In this document: piece after piece, positions 55,690 through 64,000 of the stretch | Layout of the letters: the number at the start of each line of letters is the position of its first letter | Position numbering within the stretch: position 1 is the stretch's first letter | Source: a bacterium | GTDB lineage: Bacteria; UBA8248; JACPRG01; G963555815 | Assembly (NCBI GenBank): GCA_965261595.1 | Contig: CBDHDG010000006.1 | Span: 672,001-736,000 of the forward strand | Length of the DNA stretch: 64,000 nt | Direction of reading: 5' to 3' | Position numbers and translations under genes: made by a program | The notes under the pieces: model-generated | Databases searched by the model: none | Seen by the model: the letters and a program-made list of their open reading frames with translations, nothing else | Told to the model about the DNA's origin: nothing

Positions 55690-57739
55690 ATGAAGAAAAC
55701 CCTCCTCATCCTCGGGCTCGTCCTTGTGATCCTCGCGGGGGGGATGTACGTCCAGCGCCGCCGGATTCCCCCGCTCTAGGGTTTTGTTGGACACTCGATT
55801 GATCCATGATTCATGGAGAAAGGGGTGTCGCGATGAACGAACAAAAGCAAGAGGGGGCTTTGGCGGAGGGCGCCCGCAGGGCGAACGGAGCCAAGGCCCC
55901 AGGGCATCGCAGTGAGCGGGGTCGGTTCTCCTGCCAGCGCAAGCGGGAGGCGGTCCTGCGTCTTTTGCGGGGCGAGAGCCTGGAGACGCTCTGCCGCGAG
56001 TTGGGCACGACAGCGGCTCGGCTTTCCGCCTGGCGCGAGGCGTTCCTTCGCGGGGGCGAGGCGGCGCTCAAAGCCCGCCCGGCGGATGAGCGGGCCGAGG
56101 AGAACGCCCGGCTCAAGGCCAAGGTGGGCGAACTCACGATGGAGGGCGAGGTCCTGCGGGAGAAGATCGACCGCCTGGAGGCCGGCCGCCCTTTAGCCGG
56201 CAGGAGGTGGAGGCGATGAGTCAGGCCCGCTTCACCTCCACGGGCAGAGCCTACGGCCTGAAGCGGGTGTGCGCCCTTTGGGGCTTGGCGCGCTCCACGG
56301 TCTACGCGCAACGGCGGCGAGAGGCGGTCCCCGTTCATGAACGCCCCACGCCCAATAAGCGCGGCCCTGTGGGCCCGTGCACCGATGCGGAACTCCTCGG
56401 CCACATCCGGCAGGTCCTGGAGGACTCTCCCTTCCATGGCGAGGGCTACCGCAAGGTGTGGGCGAGGCTGCGCTTCGCGGGCATCCGCACCAGCAAGGAG
56501 CGGGTGCGTCGCCTGATGCGGGAGGCGGGGCTTCAGGCCCCCCACCGGGTGGGCAAACCCCGAGGTCCCAAGGCCCACAACGGGACCATCCGCACCGAGC
56601 GGCCCGACCGAATGTGGGGCACGGACATGACGACGACGGTGACCACCGAGGAGGGGATGGCCTCGGTGTTCGTGGCGGTGGATCACTGCTCGGTGGACTG
56701 CGTGGGGATCCATGCGGCCAAGAGCGGCAACCGCTTCGAGGCCCTGGAGCCGATCCGGCAGGGGGTCGCCGAGCGCTTCGCCGGCTTGGAGGCGGATGTC
56801 GCCGAGGGGCTTAAAGTTCGTCACGACCACGGCCCCGCCTATCTGTCCGATGACTTTCAGCGGGAGATCGCCTACCTGGGCATGACCAGTTCGCCCAGCT
56901 TCGTGCGGGCGCCCGAGGGAAATGGCTACTGTGAGTGGTTTATCCGCATCTTGAAGGAGAATCTCCTGTGGGTGCGCTCTTTCGCCACCGTAGAGGAACT
57001 GCGGTGGGCGCTGCTTGAGTTCAAGAACCTGTACAACCATCATTGGATTCTCGAGGGCTACGGCTACCGAACGCCGGCCCAGGCAAGGCAGGAAAAACTC
57101 GCTCAAGTTGCGGAGGCCGCATGAGGTCGAATACCCTCACCCGAGTGTCCAATAACCCAGGGGCGGTCCATCCAGCGCCGCCGGATCCTGGTGGCGGTGG
57201 GGGCCTTCCTGGTGAGCCGGGATCCGCTGATTCACGCCGATGGGATCGCCATCCTCTCGGGCAAGATTCCTTCCCGGATTCTGGAGGGGATCGACCTTTA
57301 CCGCCGGGGATTCGCGCCCCGAATCTTCCTGATGCCGGAGGAGGGAAACCCCGAGTATGAGCGTCTGATGAAATCCCTGGGGATCACTTACCAGACAGAC
57401 GTTCGCGTCAACCGGCGGATCGCCCTGAACCAGGGCGTTCCGGCCGAGGCCATCGAGGTTCTCCCGTCCGCCAGGTCCACCCGGCAGGAGGCCAAGGTGA
57501 TCTTCGACTACATGCGGAAGAAGGGTTGGCGCTCGGTGATTGTCGTCACGTCGGAATACCACTCCACCCGGACGTGGCTGATCTTCCGGTCGCTGAACCG
57601 CCACGGCGTGAAGGTCGCCGTCCATCCGATCCGCTATGGACGGATGCGCCTGAATTCCTGGTGGCGCGACCGGGGGCAGAGCAAACAGGTTTTCTACGAA
57701 TACGTGAAGCTGATAAACCACTATACGGCTGGGTTTTAG
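55690..57739 (+). pseudogene. YdcF/DUF218 family gene interrupted by IS3-like A
   Basis: MKKTLLIL...VQRRR | ILVAVGAFLV...STRQEA..VVTSEYHSTR..EYVK. Confidence 0.85.
55767..57170 (+). mobile_element. IS3-like element A with 16-bp flanking duplication
   Basis: TCCAGCGCCGCCGGAT at 55751-55766 and 57171-57186. Confidence 0.95.
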
Positions 57740-57830
57740 CGGGAACGGGCCGGGACTGCCCACCGAATATGATGGTCTCGGGGTTCGCTTGCCGAAGGGA
57801 TCGCCGGCGGCGGTCATTCCCGCCTCCCGA

Positions 57831-58075
57831 TTAAACTCCCCGGGGGCAGGTCCACAAGTCGGTTGGAAATCCCGCCGCCTTGGCCCTTTCGAGCAGGACG
57901 CCTTCCAACTCCGCTTTGGCCTGGGCGTTCAACTCCCCCTGTTTGCGATAGGCGGCCTTCCAGCGGTGGACGCTTCGCCGCTCCAACACCTCTGGGCTTC
58001 CGGTGGGTCTCATCCTTCACCTCCTGCCCAGAGCACAGGGTTTTTATTCTAGAGGTTCCAATATCCTCTGAAATA
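57831..58075 (-). pseudogene. IS630-like transposase N-terminal relic
   Basis: MRPTGSPEVLERR..SVHRWK..AGFPTDLWTCPR. Confidence 0.6.
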
Positions 58076-58095
58076 TTAGAATGAAAGCCTTTACC

Positions 58096-58939
58096 TCAGA
58101 TCGCTTCCGTATTGCTTGAATACTTGAACAACGTCCAGGCGCAGATTACGCTGCCGATCATGCGATAAAACTGGGAGTCATCGGGCAGGTCTTTTTTCCA
58201 GATGTTCGTGGGGAATTGCTTCTTGTCTGGATTGTCGGACTCTAAAAGGAATTCTCCTTCCCAGTTTGTCGCCATCAGGCGCTTCACGACGGCAGTCTCT
58301 TTTTCCAGGTCATAGAGGAAATACAAGTCGCCTGACTGAATTTTTCGGTCGTCGTGGTGGACGGCAACGTAGTGACCCTTCCGGCAAGGTGGGCAGCATC
58401 GAATCTCCTTTGACGCGCACGGCCGTAACCCGGCCTGGCGGAACCCATCGGCTGTGGATGATGACGAAACTCTCAATGTTTTTGTCCTCGATCACAACAC
58501 TTTCGCCGGCCGCCACCGGGTCCACCACCAGTGGGATGGCGGAATAGGCCTCCGGCCCTTCCACGTCGCCGAGTCTCTTCCTGTATTCTTCCGGGGTCAG
58601 AATCGTCAACTCCGAGAGCGGTTGAATTTGGAGAGGCAGCGAGAATTCTTCCGTTTCGTCTGGTCCGGTTTTGATATATTCCGTCACATCCTCCAGCACC
58701 CTTGCCTCTTCACCGGACTTCGCTCCCCTTCCAGTGAGTAACCACTGCTCCCCCACGTTAAACGCCCTGCAAAAATCGAGAATAAAGGACACAGGCGGTT
58801 CGCGTCCTTGATTCAAATAGTTATGGACAGTCCGATACGGTCTTCCGACTTTTCCGCCGATCTTCCTGATTGAAAGCCCTTCCGTAACCTGTCGCATTCT
58901 TTCGACAAGATCTCTGACAATTTTTGTGTTCTCAGTCAT
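58096..58939 (-). CDS. LexA/CI-like repressor (XRE HTH + S24 peptidase), frameshift near 58375
   Basis: HTH..NVGEQWLLTG; PVAAG cleavage site; VKGDSMLP; AVVKRL; LESDN. Confidence 0.82.
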
Positions 58940-59107
58940 GCACAAAACCCTTGACAGTCTGTGCCGGATAGTGCGCAATCCTTTCCGCAACCAAACGCTG
59001 GCCTTCTTGCGGCAAAGAAAAAGCCCTCTGGGGGCGGAGCTTGAGACACCGCCTCCAAGAAACGCACATGGCGATCCTAGCACTTCCCCCGGGGGGACTC
59101 AATAAAA

Positions 59108-59240
59108 TGTATGGGTTCAAGACATATGAAACACCGGGGCCGCTTTTTTAAAAGTCTCCAGGGCCTGGGCGGGTATCAGGTAGTCCAGGGCCCAGTGGGG
59201 TCGAATGTGGTTATAGACTTGCCCCACTCGCGCAGCCGGA
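59108..59240 (-). mobile_element. IS481/IS3-like right-end relic
   Basis: YNHIRPHWALDYLIPAQ C-terminus followed by a TGT-type end. Confidence 0.55.
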
Positions 59241-59317
59241 TGTTGAAGGAGCTTGAACTCCCGGGGGAACTCTTGGCGTGACTCACCGCGCCGCGATGGC
59301 AGGTCTTCGAAGGGAGC

Positions 59318-60683
59318 TTGATGTTTCACCGGATCTTCAATCCGTCGGCGGCCGTTTACGATGTCGCCACTAATTCCCTTTGGGATTCCGCGCGCCTTCG
59401 GGCCGAAAGCCAGCAAGCACATGCGCTTGCTGGCGGGGATAGGCTTCGGGGCGGGCGACCGCGCGGTAATCACCCACGGCAACAGCGCCTCATTTTTTGC
59501 CGATCTGCTCGCCGTCTGGAGCAGGGGGGGGCGGCCGTTCCGGTCGACCCGAAGGTGGGCGAAGTCGAGCTCGCGAACATCGTGAGCCAGTCGGGGGCCC
59601 GAGCGGTGATTCGCCGGGAGCTCCCGGGCAAAGGCATCCTGGACGATTTCAAAGCGGGGGGACTTGCCGCCTACGACACGCTGGAGATGCAACGCCTCCC
59701 GGGGGGGTCGGCGCCGGAGGGACCTCTCGTCCAACTGGACGACATTGCACTCATTCTCTACACATCGGGAACGACGGGCAAAGCGAAGGGCGTTGTCCAC
59801 ACTTTTCGGACCCTGCTGGCCCGGCTGCGGTCTCTCGAGGCGTATGTTCCCCGCCACGTGGTGAAACGCACCGCTTGCCTGTTGCCGACGAACTTCGGTC
59901 ACGGACTCATTTGCAATTGCCTTTATCCCCTCTACTCCGGGGCCATCTTGTACATCTTTCCCAGAAACGACCTTACCATTCTCGCCGGGCTCGGCGGCGG
60001 CATCGATTCTTACGGAATCACCTACATGAGTTCCGTGCCGATGATGTGGAAGATCCTGCTTCGGGGCGCCGAGGCGCCTCGAAAAGGCAGCCTCAGGCTG
60101 ATTCACTGCGGATCTGCGCCTCTGAGCGCCTCATTGTGGCAGGGGATCAAGGATTGGAGCGGCATCCAGAGTGTTCGAAACGTTTACGGGATCACCGAGG
60201 TGGGCAGTTGGACGGCCGGCGCCCTCGACGCCAGCGTGCCGCCCACGGACGGTTTCATCGGACCGGGTTGGGGCGCGAAGATCGCCGTTATGCCCGAGGA
60301 GGCCGGGGAGTCGGGACCCCAAGGCTTCGAGCCGCACACATCGGACGAGGTCGGCGAGGTGTGGCTTCGGACGCCGGCGCTGATGCAGAGCTACTACGAG
60401 CGCCCCGACCTTTATGCCGCCGTCGTCGAGGAGGCGTGGTTTCGCACGGGTGACCTGGGGTTTTTGGATGAGCGTGGCAACCTCACGCTTGTGGGCCGCA
60501 AGTCGCATGAGATCAACTGCGGGGGCATGAAGGTTTTTCCGGAGGACGTGGACCTCCTCCTCGATCGTCATCCGGAGATCGCCCAAGCCTGTACGTTCGG
60601 GATCGAAGATCCGGTGGCGGGCCAGACCATCGCCGCCGCCGTTTCACCGGAGACGCCGGGTGCCGAGATCGATCTGCCCGGAT
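59318..60683 (+). pseudogene. AMP-binding acyl-CoA ligase, truncated by IS3 element B
   Basis: YTSGTTGKAKG, YGITE, FRTGDLG; two compensating frameshifts near 59410-59530. Confidence 0.85.
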
Positions 60684-61943
60684 TGGAGTTACCCCGGTTT
60701 GGTGGAGAGTTAAGCACTTGGGTTTTCAGGGTGTGCGTTGTTGTCTCCTTTCGTAGTTAACGGGTGACAGGTTGTCGATGGAGGAGTGCCGACGATGCGG
60801 GTTGTAGAAGCCCTCGATGAACCCGAACACCTCCATGCGCGCCTCGGCCCGGGTGCGGAAACTGTGGCGAGCGAGGAGCTCGCACTCCAGCGTGGCGAAA
60901 AAGCTCTCACACAGCGCGTTGTCGTAGCAGTCCCCGACCGAACCCATGGAGGGACGCCCGCCCGCCTGGCGGCAGCGCTGCCCAAAGGCGACCGAGGTGT
61001 ACTGCGTGCCCTGGTCGGAGTGGTGGATGACGGCCCGGGGACGGCGCTTATACAGCGCCATGTCGAGCGCGTCGAGCACCAACTCGGCCCGCAGGTGTGT
61101 GGCCATCGACCACCCCACGATGCGCCGGCTGAACGCATCGAGCGCCACGGCCAGATACAAAAACCCCGCCCATGTCGGAACGTAGGTGATGTCGGCCACC
61201 CACAGCCGGTCGGGGGCCTCGGCCGTGAAGTTGCGGTCCACCAGATCAGGGGCCGGCCGCGCCTCCTGCCGGCGCTGCGTCGTGCGCGCTCCCTTGCGCC
61301 GACTGACGCCCGCAAGTCCCGCCCCACGCATCAGCCTGGCGACGCGCTTGCGGCCCACACGCACTCCCTCAGCCTCCAACTCGGCATGGACGCGCGGCAC
61401 GCCGTAAGTCCCCCGAGAACGCTCGTGGATCGCCTGAATGCGTTTGGTGAGCGCCCGATCGGCACACGAGCGGGCACACGGCGCGCGCCTGCGCCACGCG
61501 TAGTAGCCGCTGGAGGAGACGCCCAGCACCCGGCACATGGTGGCGGTCCGATACATGGCCTGGTTCGCCCTCACGAACCCGTAGATCCGGACGGGATCGA
61601 ATCGGTCTCCCGAGCAAACCAGGCCGCGGCTTTTGCTAAGATCTCCCGCTCCTGGCGGAGCTGTCGGTTCTCGCGGCGAAGTCGGCGCAACTCCTCCCGC
61701 TCATCGCTCGTGAGCCCGTCTTTGCGACGCCCCTCGTCAACGTCGGCTTGATGGGCCCAGGTGCGGATCGTCTGCGCCGAGGGCTCGAACTCGTGCGCCA
61801 GCGCCTCGGGCGTGCGTCCCGCCCGGACCAACTCTACCATCTGGCAGCGGAACTCCATTGGATAGCGTGGGTGAGTCTGTGGCATCGTGAACACCTCCTT
61901 TACCCCCAAATCATCAGGTGTCCACCAAACCGGGTCAACTCCA
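60684..61943 (-). mobile_element. IS3 family element B copy 2
   Basis: Near-identical to 20599-21858; no TSD. Confidence 0.93.
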
Positions 61944-62351
61944 TTGAAACAACCGTAATCATTTGTCCCGCTCTGTTGTCGATTGACGTGTAGATCTTCA
62001 GAAGGCATCCATGCTCATAGAAGCTTCTGGCCACGTAACTTTAGAATAAATTGTCCAGTACCTGACGGCTTTAATTAAGATTCATGGTTTTTTTAGGGTG
62101 GAAGGAAACAAGGAAAGGAATGGAAGCATCGAGTGTGGTCTTTTAGGGATATTCGACGGTCAAAAAGCTGATCGGCCAACCTCAATATACAGGAAATCAT
62201 CAGGATTACATCCTTCTCCAGATTGTGCGAAATCCTGGCCGCGCGTGGAATTGAAGTGGTTTGACTCTTGGCCCCTCGGGTTCGGCCCCCTTGAACGATC
62301 GGGACTCTTGGACCGGCCGTTGCGCCGGGCGATCCTTGGGTCTGGACGGAA

Positions 62352-62410
62352 TCGTGAACACCTCCTTTACTCCCAAATAATCAGGCGTCCACCAAACCGG
62401 GTCAACTCCA
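62352..62410 (-). mobile_element. solo left end of an element-B relative
   Basis: CGTGAACACCTCCTTTAC...CCACCAAACCGGGTCAACTCCA. Confidence 0.75.
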
Positions 62411-62592
62411 GGCGGCCGGTGTGTTCAGACTCGCGCTTGCGCGTCCCTCTCCCTCCCCGATCCCCTGTTTCGGTGGACTTGAGGGAATCCGAGTGCAGGG
62501 GGAAACATTTATAATCCATTTATTTTCAAACAGTTAAACAAATTCCGGTTTTGTCCGCCGGTCTAATCCAGAATTCCAGGAGGAAAAAGGGG

Positions 62593-62621
62593 TTGACAAC
62601 CGGACACATTCGTTTTATTTT
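62593..62621 (+). promoter_or_regulatory. putative sigma70 promoter of the PolB cassette
   Basis: TTGACA-N17-TATTTT upstream of 62665. Confidence 0.45.
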
Positions 62622-62664
62622 TGATTAAATTTCGTTAAACCAGGATTGAACGAGGTCCTCATCA

Positions 62665-63330
62665 ATGTCCTCCGCCGTTGTTATGGCTCCAGTCCGGAAC
62701 CCCCTCGAAGCCCTGGTTCGTGAGCTCTGGTCGCACCGTCCAAAGCCTGTGCTCTTGGGCGGCGGACTCGCGATTCCCGCGGCAACCGCTTTGTCCGCCG
62801 TCCTGGTTTCCCAACACCGGAAGGTTATCTTCGTGGACGGAGCAAACCGCTTCAACCCTTACAACGTTGCCCGGTACGCGAGACGCATTGGGCGCCATCC
62901 AAAAGACATACTCGACGCCAAGCATTTCCTGTTTGCCCGCGCGTTCACCTGCCACCAGTTGATAGTTCTTCTCGAAGAAAGGGTGCGGAAACATTTGGAT
63001 GATGGTCCCGCCATTGTCGTTGTATCCGGTCCGCTGAACACATTCATGGACGAAAGCGTTCCGTGGAAGGAAATCAGGGCGCTCTCCAGACGGCTCAAGA
63101 AGTCCCTCCTCCAAATCAGCGAAACATCTTCTTTGCTCTTGGCCCAGCATTCGGTCGGCGGCCCACGGGAAAGGCATGGGTTGATGCGGGGTCTGGGTTC
63201 ATCGGCAAAAACCGTGGTGATCGTAGAAACCAGTGACAGGGGGCCCCAGGTGAAAATCGTGAAACCGGAAAAGAAGGTGATCGGAGCGGGAGAAGAGCTC
63301 GCCTTGATTACGGCTCAGGGGCAGGCTTGA
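62665..63330 (+). CDS. inactive RecA/RadA-like protein (iRadA type)
   Basis: VIFVDGANRFNPY and ARAFTCHQL motifs; no GKT Walker A. Confidence 0.8.
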   Translation: MSSAVVMAPVRNPLEALVRELWSHRPKPVLLGGGLAIPAATALSAVLVSQHRKVIFVDGANRFNPYNVARYARRIGRHPKDILDAKHFLFARAFTCHQLIVLLEERVRKHLDDGPAIVVVSGPLNTFMDESVPWKEIRALSRRLKKSLLQISETSSLLLAQHSVGGPRERHGLMRGLGSSAKTVVIVETSDRGPQVKIVKPEKKVIGAGEELALITAQGQA

Positions 63331-63331
63331 G

Positions 63332-63649
63332 ATGGGGCGCACCGTTGCACCTTTCAGCCACGTTTTGGAAGAAGAGGAAAGAGCGCTCGGCAAGTTCAAA
63401 AGGGCTTTGCGCAAGGAGGACCAGGAAGCTTTCGACCGTCTTTTTGCGGCGGGCAAGCGCCACGTGGCCGCTTCCGTGTATGCAAGCCATCCGTGGCCGA
63501 TGGATCTCATTTTTTTGTCCGTACTCGTTGAACAACAAAAAATCATTGAGAGGTTGACGCCCCTCCGGACGGAGTTTGAGCTTTTGAGGGATGAGGTTGA
63601 AGCCTTGAGAAACGAAGTGAATCGGCTGAAGATCCATGAGAGAGACTGA
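63332..63649 (+). CDS. small helical protein of the PolB2-partner type
   Basis: MGRTV..F...FKRALRKEDQEAFDRLF...LSVLVEQQK. Confidence 0.75.
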   Translation: MGRTVAPFSHVLEEEERALGKFKRALRKEDQEAFDRLFAAGKRHVAASVYASHPWPMDLIFLSVLVEQQKIIERLTPLRTEFELLRDEVEALRNEVNRLKIHERD

Positions 63650-64000
63650 GGGAATTCTCTTTGACATTTACGTAAGCGGACAAGAAGCACGGTTGTGGAT
63701 TCTCACGGAAGACGGCGCTGAGCTTTTTCATCATGCGTATCATCCCAAGGTCTACCTTGAGGGCAAGCGGAACGTTATCACGGAGTTGGTTTCCCGTTTG
63801 GAAAAGCAGCGCCTTATCCTTGGAAAGAGGTGGACGGAGAAAATCGAGTTCTGGTCCGCTGATCTCATCAAGGTCCTGGAGCTTGAGGTGGCCAGCGCGC
63901 CCCATTACGAAAAGCTTTCCGAGATTCTCCCATCCTACGACGGGCCTTTGCACATCTATAATGCCGACCTTCCTCTGGCACAGACGTACCTCTATGAGAC
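63636..64000 (+). CDS. family B DNA polymerase, N-terminus (runs off the window)
   Basis: Own translation MRETEGILFDIY..LWILTEDG..YHPKVY...IYNADLPLAQTYLYE; catalytic region not visible. Confidence 0.7.
   Translation, partial: MRETEGILFDIYVSGQEARLWILTEDGAELFHHAYHPKVYLEGKRNVITELVSRLEKQRLILGKRWTEKIEFWSADLIKVLELEVASAPHYEKLSEILPSYDGPLHIYNADLPLAQTYLYE

Noticed and set aside
59018..59098. Hairpin-rich segment upstream of the repressor (possible phage antisense RNA)
   Set aside because: Cannot be assigned to an RNA family by eye
61944..62350. AT-rich stretch after IS3 element B
   Set aside because: No credible ORF or structure recognised

Overview
GC-rich bacterial chromosomal window (lineage not determinable from this alone). 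It carries housekeeping and catabolic genes: CarD, Nth, Tag, DegT aminotransferase, M24 peptidase, amidohydrolases, hydantoinase/oxoprolinase A plus two B subunits, MddA, PhnCDEE-type ABC transporter, YchF-like NTPase, TldD/PmbA, AKR and amidase. The window is heavily invaded by nested mobile DNA: five full copies and one partial copy of a 1404-bp IS3-like element (one tandem dimer; target duplications of 4, 4 and 16 bp), two copies of a second IS3 element, two copies of a composite 2.3-kb IS1380 unit with 5-bp TSDs, two passenger-carrying IS1595 elements, IS630/IS481 relics and several REP-like repeat families. The most notable observations are: (1) a conserved sense/antisense double small ORF in the leader of both IS1595 elements; (2) the composite IS1380 unit, which ends at a relic element carrying an antisense promoter; (3) an inverted-repeat-bounded one-gene GGCT cassette; (4) a PNPOx-PNPOx-GAF histidine kinase module; (5) an iRadA/small protein/PolB mutagenesis-type cassette at the right edge near a LexA/CI-like repressor. 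Many 1-2 nt frameshifts suggest long-read indel errors. All calls are from manual reading; no database searches were run.
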